From Trichosphaerium sp. ATCC 40318 (taxonomy: Eukaryota; Protista; Tubulinea): DNA of 64,000 nt. This document shows positions 21,718 to 33,989 of the stretch, in pieces (position 1 is the first letter of the stretch; each line of letters opens with the position of its first letter). The DNA lies in NCBI GenBank assembly GCA_038496445.1, contig JALMLS010000326.1:1-64000 (forward strand), in the 5' to 3' direction. The notes beneath the pieces were generated by a model. The model had not been told where the DNA came from. It saw nothing but the letters and a program-made list of their open reading frames with translations, and ran no database searches. The translations under genes and the position numbers were made by a program.

Positions 21718-24219
21718 TCAATGGCGTAGACCTTTCATGATAGCAGAACAAAACTTGTCCTAGTATGCCAGTAAGCAAACAAGACGTGATGATTAAAAAC
21801 GACGCAACGTACCGTTTCCTTTACAATGTCGCCGTCAAACTCAAACTGTAACGCATCTTGCAGACATAATCTGATTTTATGAATAGCGTTTAGTGTTGCT
21901 TGGTGCTCCTCCTTTAAAGGTTCAGGTTGTTCTTCTTTCTCTGAAGAGCTTGGGCTGGTGCGAGAGCATGAACTTGGACTCGGGCTCCTTTGTTGGCTTG
22001 CATCGTCTGTTAATTCAGCCATGAGCTTGGCAACTTCAAGTTGTATCTAAAGAGTGTTAATCAACGTATGACTCACTACAAATAGAGATGGTAGCGTACC
22101 TCTAGCTGGGCAAAGTCACAAGACTCACTACCTTTCTTAGGTTTTCTTTTCCTTAGTCTGTGCCCATGACTTGGAACAGGAAGCGGATCAAACTCTGTTT
22201 TTGATAGGTCCTCGTCGGAGGAATAGGCAGGCGTAGGTTGCGATCTCAATCTGTACCTACTACGCACGCGGCTACTCGAGACGCCTGATTGTCGCGGCCT
22301 CAATGTGTATTCAGTGCGCCTTGAGTTAAAAAGGTGAGTATACGAAAACGAAAAACAGTGCAAGTGTTAGGACTTACGACGAGGATTGAGACGAAACGTG
22401 CTTCTTTTTGCGTCTTTTCTTAGGTCTCTTGTTTTTTTCAGTTTTGTAGTAGCTCTCAGCAGTAGGCAGCTTGCGTTTTGCCAAATACTTCTTGACTTCG
22501 TGTTCTTTCCTGTGGGTTGCAGTGAGTATCACATTTGCCGTGCGATTAAGATTGTGTACCATTTCATGTACGGCTCGCATTTGGCGGTGTGTCCTTGTCT
22601 TCCCTTCATACAAGTAAAGTTCTTACCACAACCAGGGCATACCTACAGGTTCTGTCAGTACAAACACTCAACATTGGTGATCTATCCGGTTGGTGGGTGC
22701 GTACCAATTCTTTAAAGGAAATGTGCAGGCCGTTGGAGGGATTGAACGTTATCGAAAACTCAACAGGCGCTACGAGTGCTGTCGTTTCCTTACTATTTTT
22801 TGTAGGAAGTGACACTGGGATAGATTTTGCCTTGATGCCACGAGGTGGACATGAAATGGGCACTGCACATTGTACAGTGTTGTCGTAAGTCGGGTCGTCA
22901 CTCATTGCATCAGATTCCTCTTCCTTTTCACTAAGGTCCTTGTCGCTGTCCGAATCGGGACTCTCGTGCGAAACGGTGCTTCTAGCTTCACTAAGCGCTG
23001 AGTATTCATCGTGGTAAGGAGAGCTACTGCCGTCAGTGTGCGCTTCTTCCAAGTCGTGGACAGCTACAATCGGAGCATGCTTTAAGTTTGTGACAGCGGC
23101 TGGTAGAGGTAATACTGTTGGAGTTTTTGTGGCTTCAATGTCAACATTGCATGGTTTACCGACTACGTAGCGCAACTTCTTCTTCAGCGGCGAATCCTCG
23201 CTGTCAATCTCGTCACCGGCTCGCTTTTTCCGTTTTTTCGTTAAAGGTGCGGTAGTGCCTACGTCAAGCACGTGAGTACCCGAAAACTAAAAAACCAAAC
23301 CCAAAAATCAAAAAAAAAAAAAGGCAGTTTTGTATACGTACTTGTTGGTTTACTGTCAGTCGCTAGCGACCAGAAACCCGAGCCATTCACATTGCTTCGG
23401 AACAGCGCACCATCGTGGGCGTTGAGCGTGTCACAGATGGTTCTCTGCCAATTTTTGTCTTTTGTTCGACCGTCAGAGAAAAGTCTATCCCAATATTTGT
23501 TCATGAAGCGATAGACATCAGCCAAGCTGTGAAAATCCCTACAAAAAAACCGTTGATATTTGTGTCACAAACCAATACAAAAATGGGTTGGGAAAGTGGC
23601 GTAATAAGACCAGTATTGGTAGCGGCTGAGGCCCAAGGGTAGTCGTTTTTGAAAAAAGTGCCGTTAAAGAAATTTCTTGTTGCTCGAAATTTACGTGCCT
23701 GCCATTCAAAACATTCAAGTTGAACAGTACAATCTTTAACACTTGTAGCCACGATTTTGGAAGCGTGTTAAAAAAACTCGCTGGAGCGCAACGGTTGCAG
23801 CGAAATTCGTAGAAGCTGTCTCCAGGTAGCGGCGGGCAAGGAACCAAGCAATCAAATGCCGACACCATTTCTACATTTTAACTGTTAGTTGTAAACGTTG
23901 TAACGGTTAAGGTTTTTTATGCCTATTTGAGCGTCTTTTGTTGGCTACAAAAGAGATCGACTCCGAGTCAACATAAATGTAACCTTTGAATGTTTTTAAC
24001 CCTAGAAACACACTTACCAAGCGTATAAAGCGTGTGACAGCCTTTGCAGCAAAGTTCTACAGCGTTAATATCGTTCGTTGGCACTGAATTGCCGTGTTGC
24101 TTATTCGTCATCTTTATGGGTTTTTCGAGTGTGGTAGACCCTATTTGTTTTGTGCTTGCGTTAACGTCACGGATCACTCCGCTTAGGCTTGAAGTTGCTG
24201 TGTTTGTATTCTCAATCAT
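21718..24219 (-). CDS. Nuclear protein with an ASH2L/KAT14-type atypical PHD finger plus winged helix
   Basis: CKGC...CLVPCPPLPGDSFYEFRCNRC, then SWLQVLKIVLFNL..VYRFMNKYWDRL..KNWQRTICDTL..FRS..SGFWSL. Several basic NLS-like runs. Confidence 0.72.
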
Positions 24220-24738
24220 GTTAAAGATGGTTTGGAAGCCTAGACAGCAAAAATATTTGAGTGTTGCGTCTACAAACGTAGATGAGCGCCTGGCGGGAAG
24301 CGTACGTATATATAGCTATGTCAGAATGATTTACAACGGTTTGGAGTGTATGTTTAGTGGTTTAAAGTTCGTTTTGGTGTTGTCGGTTGCAATTTTTGTT
24401 TAATTTTCTATTGTTTGTTAAACTCTAAAAATACGAAAATTCTTGTTATGCATAATGCTCATTTTGTTTTTCAGAAGCACCTAAAAACCTATTACTAACC
24501 GTTCCAGGACGTTTTGGTGAAAGTTACCTTTTTTAATTGCCGAAACCGCACACTCCATTACGTTATGCGTTACTATCCTACAATTCGCTCAAACAGCGAA
24601 CTAGAGGCCTTTTTAATAAAAAAAACCCGGTTTGGATATGTTTTACAAGTTAAAAAGGGCGTGGGACATCCAAAAACGCTCGATGTAATGCACCTACGCG
24701 TAAATTGATTCTTTTGTATTGTTTTAATACCCGACCCG

Positions 24739-26042
24739 CTAGTTGGAAGGTTCGCCATATTTTTTAACGTAAGCATGCGGCTCTAGACCACCATTTCCGC
24801 AAGCACATTGTATTGAGCCGCCATGAAATGTGCCACCTCTTTTATCGCGCCCACAACGCGAAGTACAAATCCAGACGTACGCGCACCAAACACGTTCAAA
24901 GAAACCCTCACGATACAAGCTTGTACCGCGTTTGTTACAGGTATAACATTTTAATCCTCCTATCCCGAAACCGCATTTGGCACATGTGAACGTTGGAAAG
25001 TTTGTATCTGATTTGATATGTAACGATGCGTCTGGACGTGCTATCATTGACTTACGACAACACATCGGTGCCTCCATTGCCCCACATCCCTCTGGGCAAT
25101 ACGCTTGCCCATTTCTACGCACAACGAGTAGGTTTGCGCATTTGGCACAGGAGTAGCCGGCTAGGCAGAGCTTGCACCTTTTGCAAAAGTATGAAGGTGG
25201 TTTGTCTACGTCATCTTCAGGTAATTCTTGTACCCGTATGCCCTCATCTGAGCTAGTCTCTACGTCTTCCTCCTTTTCTACGATTGCTTTGGCGTTGTGA
25301 TACCACTGGGCGGACGAGAAACGGAATTTTACGAGATCTTGCAAATTGGGATTATTCTCTATGTACTTTATCACTTTCCTGGGGGGATCTCTAGTAAATA
25401 ACCGAATGCAAAAGATGCATGGAACTAAGTACCTGGCAGCCTTGTGGTAGTTGGTGTATACTATAGCCGGTGCGGTTCTGTTCTTGTCATGGCGAAAGAG
25501 GATCATGTGCTTCAAAGTGTGCAAGATGGCGTTCTCCTTAGTCAGTTGTCTGATTGTGCAGGTATCCTTACTGAATAGCGTTTGCAAGCTCCCTCCCCTT
25601 TCGGACGAGCAGTGCCATACCACGCATGAGTCGGATTGAGTTTTGATGCTATTAACAGTGTAAAGTGTAAAGGGCAACGGCAACACCACTTTTGTTGATT
25701 GCCCCACATACGAATACGCATCAAGTGAATAGAACTGCGTGCCAGTTGTAGAAACGTATCGTTTGAACTGGTCGTGGTCAGTAATTTCCAAAAGCGCTGC
25801 CTTGGCTCTAACATCGCTGTAGATCAGTTTACAGAACAGTTTACAGACCAGTGTAGCCCTGTACACCTTGAACACCATAAACGTAAAAAAAAACGGTTAC
25901 AGTTTCGTACAGACATCTGGTCCATCCTATACAGGATCTCACAAAGCACTTCTGCTGGTACTAACCCACAACACGAGCTTTCAAGTGCTTTTACGCTCGG
26001 TTGGAGTTTATCAACTTCTAGCCGTTGTGCCTTCGTGCCCAT
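24739..26042 (-). CDS. F-box protein with a C-terminal duplicated Cys-rich (zinc-binding) region
   Basis: Spliced LVPAEVLCEILYRMDQMS|VYRATLVCKLF is an F-box pattern. C-terminal CKRC..CAKC..CPEGC..CC and CAKC..CYTC..CTSRC..CAC. Confidence 0.75.
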
Positions 26043-26169
26043 CGTGCCAGTATTTATAGAAGAGGTCGCATTAACAAAGTGAAGTCACATGTTAAGCCAT
26101 ACATTTTTTACATCAAATAAGTGACCCGTAGTACAACCCAGCAATACTCCCTGTTATGCACTACTTTAG

Positions 26170-27771
26170 GACTGATTTTGCGAAATCGTATCTCTATTGG
26201 TCACTTTTTTTTTTTCGCTTATTAATTTTTTGGTAAGTTGTTGAGAGCATTACCAATCTTACATTTATGAATACTGTTGTAGCGATTGTACTTGTCAGAT
26301 GACGGGTCGCGATCCAGTGGTGCGCCTCTAGGTACTCTTCCTATACCTTCTTCATGTCCTCTAGGGCCATATCCACCAATTACCTACGGTAGCAATGAGA
26401 TTGTTACCTCGTGTCAAATCCTTTATTTAGAAAATGTACCAAGAGGCAATCATCAGACAGAGAGGTGCTCGTGGCGCATGCACGTGGCTCTGGTACATCG
26501 CCGCTCTGCTCTAGCTTGTGCCAAACATGTGTAACAATATCAAAGGCATAGAGATCATTGTAGTAGTTCACGTGATCTGCGTGTCCTCCCCACACGCAAA
26601 AGTACCTCTCACGTGCAATGAATGAAATACCCGCTTCCCGCCCACAAGGGCCGTTTCCGGATGCTACATATAATAAGATAAGACTACAATTTAACATAAA
26701 AGATTCTGTCCGTGCCTTTTAGCTGAGACCACGTGTGCGTATCTAGGTCAAAGACGTAGACATTGGTATCGTAAACAAAAGCGTTTGATTTGAGGTCGTA
26801 TCCACCACACCCACCTGGACTTCTTTGTTAAAAAGTGGTTCGTACTGCTATCGTTCGCACCAAAGAGATACCATTTATGCTTATAACGTGCCATATAGTG
26901 ATCCCGGCGACCACCAGGCTCTGCACCATTGGTTTTGATAACATCCCATCTCAATGTAGATTCTAGCAGCTGCAGTAAGCAACACTTGTCCGTCTGCCTT
27001 GTAATGTACCTCCTTCCTCGCATTGAAGGTGCAACGCGGCCATATCAGTGAAGTGTACAGAGTGATCCCAGCCGCCAAACACCCAAAGCACTGATTGGAA
27101 CAGAGTAAGTTTCTATGCAGGTGCAACTGTTTCGTCGTACTGTCTTTATAAACTGTGGAATGATGTGCCTTTCGCGATAAACGTCCCTCGCCGCACGTGG
27201 CCGGTATTTGCCATTCCATGGTAGACAAGCAGAACATGCGGACGTGATCATAACTGCTCAGTGCACCTGTAAGCGGCTACAGTGCCAATAGATGAAATAA
27301 CGATGCGCACATGCGTTGGGGGATACCAGTGTGTACACCGTCGCGTCTATTGGCGTGTCCTCGCCCTCCTTTACCAAAAGTATTAACGTTTTAGTGTATG
27401 GACACTATAACGTGCCATGAACATATACACGCCCATCATAGATCATTGTACAGTGATCTGAGGAAGGTACTGGCTCAATTGTTTTCGGTGGCACAATAGA
27501 GCACGCATTAGTTGTTAGATCTACCATATAAAACTTGGTGTAGTGTTTTAGTACTTCGGAAAGGGTGGACGGCGAGCTGGTACCTTGTTTGAAGCCCAGC
27601 CATGACTTGCGCCTCCAAATATGTATAAGAAGTTCCCGTTGCGTACTGAATCATGTCCGTGCATGCCTATCGACTATTACGCGAGAAAGAGAATAAATCA
27701 GTTATTTAACCTGACAATTGGCATCCATGTAGCTCTAGCTTGCTCCAGCTCACTGCAGTTACTTCAGCCAT
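26170..27771 (-). CDS. Kelch-repeat beta-propeller protein (multi-exon; 3' end approximate)
   Basis: HGHDSV..LYIFGG, VYVHGG, RKAHHS..FGCLAA/CFWV exon, RRDHYM..WYLFG, FCVWGG..YYNDLYAFD, VIGGYGP. Confidence 0.85.
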
Positions 27772-27826
27772 TGCCTATCGACACCAAAAATGTGGAGTAT
27801 TAGCGTGGACCATTGCTTGATGATAT

Positions 27827-30800
27827 TCAGTTAACAATTTTTTTTTCATGAGCTTCAGTGGTTTTATTTTTGTACAAGTGGGTGGAAAGTGAGTGTTGTG
27901 GACATGTTACAATTTTAGGTCAGGGAGGACTCACTCCTTGATAGGTGTAGTGCTGGATCACTCAACATTTTGTCAACGTGCTGTTGTATGCTAGGCGGCA
28001 AGTCCATGCCATAGTTGTGGACGCCATCTGGTCGCATGAACGGATACCCCAATTGCTACACGAAGCCGTTAGTAACCCGTGATTTGTGCATGTGCGAAAC
28101 ATCCGCAACTACAATGCCATACCTGCTTTGGTTTGAACAAAATATATACAGTCCTGTTGTTGGTGAAATGTGGCGTCGTTCCAACATAAAACCATCCCCA
28201 ACATACCAGCAATCCCATTACCCTTGCAAAGTGCGCACGTATTGCACTACACAAACTTCATTAGCACTTAAAATGTTTGAAATAGGACGTACCCATAATT
28301 ACGCTGAATGTTGAGACTATTCTCCGGAACTGGAAAAAAAAAAAGAGTTAGATTCGAAAACAACTACAATTGTTGAGAAGATTAATGCTCGCACGCACGT
28401 GATAGTACGGTTTCGATATCCCATAATTCATACGGAATGCGACCCAATTCATCTGCAATAGCAGCCATGACACCGTCATCGAAACCCAAACTCTACACGA
28501 TTGTAAAAATTAAGTCGAAAACGTGGCCTACTACTGTGGCGAGAAAAAAAAAAGAGGTACCTGGAGGGTGGTTACTTCGTCCTCTTCATCGTATAGTACA
28601 TACCAGAACTCACCAGGTAGTGTTTTTGGAGATTTTTCGAACAACATACCGTAGCCGCTGGTACCCAACATTTCTGTAGTGAAACGCCATACCAAATGCA
28701 TTGCTAATCAATTTGTCAGTTCAGAAATAAAAATACAATCTAAAAAATGCGTACAGTGTTGATGGCACGCGTTCATCAGTAAAAGTGTTGAAGGTACCAT
28801 TGGTGGCACACGTCCATTGAATTGTGTGGCAGTGAATGTATCCTCAAAGAACCTAAAAGAGAGGTAAGAAGACAATCTCAATATTTGTCCAACAGCAAAG
28901 AAAACCAAATTACCAGCTTTGTTTGCCGTGTACACTGCCTGAGTCGTCAGCAATTGGCACTTTCAGTGCATCTGCCCAAGCATGGGGTACAGCTCCTGAA
29001 TTTTCAAATCCCTAAAACAAAAATGAGCCCAATGCGTTGAGAACTTGCTATTAAAACCAAAAATTTAAAGAGGCGCACGTACAATGGCATACCACATTAC
29101 AATGCTTCTCCCTTTTGATGGCATTGTGAGTTGATGAGTGATGGCTCCATAAGAGCAACGCTCGCTTTGAGCGCTATCACGTTGAAATATGAGACTGTGT
29201 TTGCCCGTTGGACCACGCAGTCTATAGCCCATTGCTAGAAATTACATTTAGTTCAAGGTTCTTATTTGTTTTGTGCGGTGCTGACTTACCAGACATGACA
29301 GGCAATACGTCCAAAAAGTCTATGCGGTTAGTGATTTCGCAACCTCTAAACAGAAATGTCAAAATGTGTACTATCATTATACTATTCAGTGTAACATACA
29401 TTGAGGCAATGCCTTGTGTATCCCGTTGAAATACGTGAAAGTTGTCCCTATCAGTTTGAAAGTACTTTTCTTGGTACACAGCACCCTGTACTTCAACATA
29501 TAGTTTACCGTTGTGGAAGCTAAGAGGGTTTACAATCATATAATTGCCTCTTGCCAACGTTTTGCTGTCTTTGTGCTTGATAAACAAGCTCCCTTTACCA
29601 CACCTATTAAAAAAAAAAGTTTAGCTTTCAGTAAACCTTGTAACCCTTCATGACATACTCAGTGTGATAGATGTAGCCAATTTTTTGTAGCTTGTTGAAT
29701 ATAGCCACACGCCAGACTAAGTTTCCACCAGGTCTATCCGAATAGAGCTCTTTATTCTAAGCCCCAAGATGTTAGATATTGCAACATTTAAACGCTACAT
29801 ACCAGCTTGAACTTGTAGCCAAGCAGATTTTGCTTGTCATCACGGACAGTGCGGGCTTCAAACAATTTCGCCAACTTTCCACACAGGAACCGCACACACG
29901 ATTCGTCGTTTGTCTGTCAAATGTTTTGGTTAGTTACGTCAACAAAGAACAACAAGATAACGGGGTAGCGTACGTGTATGAAGTATTCAGTACTTGAACT
30001 GTCAGGAGGGTACAGTATAAAGTACCTACAATTAGGGTTAATGACATGTACGTATCTGGGTGTGAGGACATGGTACCTAACGGGATCGAGTGCTTTAATG
30101 TTGTCACCAATATTACAGAGTATGGTAGTTGCATGTTCTGGGCACTCTTCACTAAAACTTGCCTCTGGGTTTGCTGTTACTACGTAACCGAGACCACTGA
30201 GTTTCTGCAATAGAGAAACAAATAATCGTTTGACTTCTCTAGAAGAAGGCAATAGAATTTCCCTATTGGGAATTACTACTAAAATAGAAAGCAACGTTTG
30301 TTTGTTTTGTTTCAACCAAAAAAATTTATGACATAATAATTAACAACAGTTTGTAGTAAAGCTGGTTTTGGTTGGGATGTGCTATTGAAACAAAAGAAAT
30401 GTACCATAATCTATCTTCTGTCTCTGACAATTCTGGGCGTACTCCCATCTCCATGCACATCTTTAGCATTGGGATAGGCGGCAGTGACCCCTAAAATTGG
30501 TTTAGGAATACGTTGTTGGTTGGTGTGCTATTTAATATTGTGTAGCGATGGGATGGCGTAGTTTTTAGTGCCGTGGATCCAGAGCAGCATACCATTACGC
30601 GTAACATGCATGGTCTATCAACTATTTGTTGTACTGTTACGAGACTAGGAAGCAGGGAGTAATCGATTGATGGCTATTTGAAGGTAAGTGCCTGATTTGT
30701 ATGTTGTACAACTAGTACCGAAAAGTTGTCTATGAAGGCGATGTACAAAGACAGGACCATAGTACCAATGTCTTTTGCATCTTTTGTTGTTTCAAGTGTA

Positions 30801-31227
30801 AACACTCCTCCTTCCAACTGAAATACGTTAACGCAAGTCTCTTTATCACTGTAGTACCTTGGTGTCGTCGGTGGATTTGTGCTCGATATCTACGATTACG
30901 AGCGGTCCTTCGTTCACTGTTAGTTTCAAAAAGAGGTGTTTGTGACGCACGGGTAGACGATAGGCCTTTGGTACGACGTGAATACAAAAAAAGTTCTATG
31001 CAAACGGGTTGCTTGTAAACAAACCTACATCTGTTAAAACTGTATCAATAACGTATTTCATACCCAAAACAACGCTCTTTATCCTGAGTAAACGCTTTCA
31101 GCGGCTTTTTCCACTGTTGATCCTCATTTAGCCGTATTCTAACCTTAGCAATGTTCTTGTTGGCATTGACCTTATCAATACGCAAATCGAACACACCAAT
31201 AGGTTCGCGCTTCTGACTCACATCCAT
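27827..31227 (-). CDS. Uncharacterised multi-exon protein with a C2-like beta N-terminus and an internally repeated domain
   Basis: Exons can be chained by GT-AG from MDVSQKREPIGVFDLRIDKV through RLFVSLLQKLSGLGYVV, RVAIFNKLQKIGYI and LRGPTGKHSLIFQR..MPSKGR to the QLGYPFMRPDG exon. Could be more than one gene. Confidence 0.55.
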
Positions 31228-31450
31228 TGCCAGTTACAGACACTGTGAATAGCGTAGAGCAGTTAACTAACACTTAACAGCATTTTAAAAGTTTGTACCG
31301 GCTTGTTGACGGTAAAAAATTACACGGGACATGTAAAATAATAACGGTATCCATCATTCATTCGTAGCGCTGTTTATTTTACATGCTCACGTGCCATAAG
31401 CGTGAAGGTATGTACAATTTATTGTGGTGGCTCCAGTGTAGAAAGTCTTG

Positions 31451-32475
31451 TCATTCTTCTACGTACGCGTTTACTACCTTGCGCACATTGCGGCGATACT
31501 TGTGCAGCATAGCCAAGTTCAGTTGATTGTCGCTGAAACCCATTGCGTTTAGTTGGTGGATTCCTTTACTATACTTTTTAGGTATCCCGGACGAACCAGC
31601 AAAGTCTGGGTACATCACCTCGAAAGAGGCCATCAACTGTTGAATTTCTTCGTCTTCCTCGCTGGTAGTTACTCTTTCTCTGTGCTTCCTCAAGCCCCTG
31701 CGCAGCCTTCTTAGTCTCTTGGCTACTCTTTTTGGGTTGGTAATCTCCAGTGGTCCATTTGCCAGCAGCTCTTTCACGTCCTCAAACAAGCTATCTGGTG
31801 TCAGTTGCCAGGTTTCCATAGCGTTGGCTAAACATGTACATGTTAGATTGTTACACTAAGAAAATACGTACCAACTTGGTGTTTGAATTGTAGCCTGGTG
31901 ATTGGCGGTTCTGTAGTATTGAGGTATGCCTGTAGGCAATATGGTCAGCAAAAGAATTTATATTCACCGGTTTTGTAATACCTCCAATTGCTTGAGAAAC
32001 GCTGTTTGTGCTTGCATATAGTTCGTATTTGTTGGCTCGTTTGTTGAATCTTCAAATGTCAACTCGGTCTCGTCGCAGGCCGGCAGAGGCGCACTATCGC
32101 CTACAGGCGCAATTCGCAAGGCAACCTAAAGTTTGTAAGCATCAGGAACATCCATTGAGATTTGTTGTTCATGTTGTTTACCATTTTATTTTTCGATGCC
32201 ACATGACGCGTTAAATGACTGATGCTCTCTTCAAGTTCCCTACAACATTGTGTCACGCGGTATTAAAATAGAAACGCATACAAATCTGAAGTAACTGCAA
32301 TTCTATCCCCGTCCTCGTCTATGTACGTAAAAACGAAATCGTTCAATGCGAATGCAGAATACAAGGCTTTAGCATAGTTATGCAGCTCTGTGTACGAAGG
32401 ATTACGTTGGAACGGTACAACCCTCTTTTGATCATTCAACGCCAACTGGATCGTTACCTGACCCTTCCTCCTCAT
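31451..32475 (-). CDS. PB1-UBA protein, p62/SQSTM1-NBR1-like autophagy receptor
   Basis: OPCA motif FTYIDEDGDRIAVTSD; C-terminal UBA QLNAMGFSDNQLNLAMLHKYRRNVRKVVN. Confidence 0.85.
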
Positions 32476-32689
32476 CTCTTATTGTCTTAAAAATTTGGGT
32501 CTAAGTCTTGTGTTCAGATAACCTCGCTTGACCCCGAAACGCGGTTTTTGCAATGTTGCTGCAATAAGCTCGAAACTATTCGGTGGGTGAATAAGAATAC
32601 TCAAATATGGTAACGAAATGCACTAAGCTCAAGTTGATGCAGAATGAACAGTTTCCCAGTGTCATTTTGATGGTTTTTTTTGTACATTT

Positions 32690-33846
32690 TTAGGTTTCAA
32701 TAGCGTGATGGCTGTGAGCGCTGTGATCGTGCTGTGTGAATTCCTGACTTTCGTGTGTATGCGCATGGAAGTGGGATACCAGAAGCATAACAGCAATGCC
32801 GAGAACAAGGATCAGAAATTTTTTGAAACGCTCGCGACGTGTTGGTTGTTTTTTATCGTGTGCATCGTGACCATCACCAAACTCTTCTACGATTACTTCA
32901 ACCAAAGCCACATAAATAAATGTGCCTAAAGATGTGTCAAGATCTGGGGAATTTACCTTCAAAAGCAAATGGCAAAAAAAAGGTGTACCAGCTGCAACGG
33001 CTTTCATGGATTCAGCAATCATTGAGTTGGCTGTACCAAATGCAAAGTGCGTAAAGAACATTGCAACAAGGATGCCAATCGGTGTCGTTGCTGCAAACAC
33101 TGACACTACTTTCAGGATTTGTTTGGTGCCTACATTTGCCTTAACAAGAGAAACACCAAGAGCAAAGCCTATAAAATATATGTCAGTACGTGTGAGTGCC
33201 ATCCGTTGTAAGGTGCCAGCACGTACCTGCGAAGAATTTGTGCGCTACAATAGCTATCAAAATTGCGGATGTTTCATTTGCTGTATCTTCAACGCCAACA
33301 GCAAGTCCTTGTGTAGTATGTAAGCGCCAGGCTTTTGATCACTATTGAGTGTCAAATCTCGGGAAAGACGTGCCTTCTATGAGAGAGTGGACGCCTAGGA
33401 GGGTTGCGAGGACATACATATTGAGTTGCTGTGCAGGGCGTTTGCGTGACATCTGATCTTCTTCATCGTGAACCATGACTGCTTGCACGCCGTGCGAATG
33501 CCCATGTTCGCCAGGGCTCATTAACACGCGCTCAACAAATAACGGAAGCAATAATCCCACAATGCAACACAAATAAGCGTAGTAGCTACAAAACGTGAGC
33601 GACATACATCAGCGCGTCGTACGCATCAACTCCTTGCTGTTCAAATCCATGTATCGCTTCTTCAAGCATATGCATAAGCCCTGCTGCCAGGAAAATACCA
33701 CCAGAGAAGGCGTTGCCAAGAGATAGTAATTGGCGAGATTGCTTACGTAGAGGTATCACTCCACCAACAAATGCTATTAGCGCGATAAACGCTGCGGCGC
33801 CTATCTTAAAAAGTGCCAACGAGCCAGCACTGTCTTTATCTGACAT
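32690..33846 (-). CDS. ZIP (SLC39) zinc/iron transporter
   Basis: GNAFSGGIFLAAGLMHML, His-rich loop, HSLIE|GLAVG, AHKFFA, TPIGI, GTFIYVAL. Confidence 0.95.
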
Positions 33847-33989
33847 CCAAACAAAATGGTGATAAAATGCTATAAATAATTGGTACAACAGCTGGTTTGT
33901 ACGTAGAGAGTGGTGTAAAAAAAGCCAAAAACCCTGCGAAATTCAGCTAAGTTGACTTAGCACTACAGAATAACGATCAGGATGTACTA

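Noticed and set aside
26119-26206. Three-way-junction RNA or ribozyme (AAGTGACC/GGTCACTT closing stem with two inner hairpins)
   Set aside because: No hammerhead CUGAnGA core or other recognisable motif; overlaps the probable last intron/exon of the Kelch gene; stems are short enough to be chance.
29600-30300. tRNA-splicing endonuclease subunit Sen54
   Set aside because: The L..LGY motif occurs twice and the surrounding Sen54 EEALYL motif is absent; better explained as an internal repeat.
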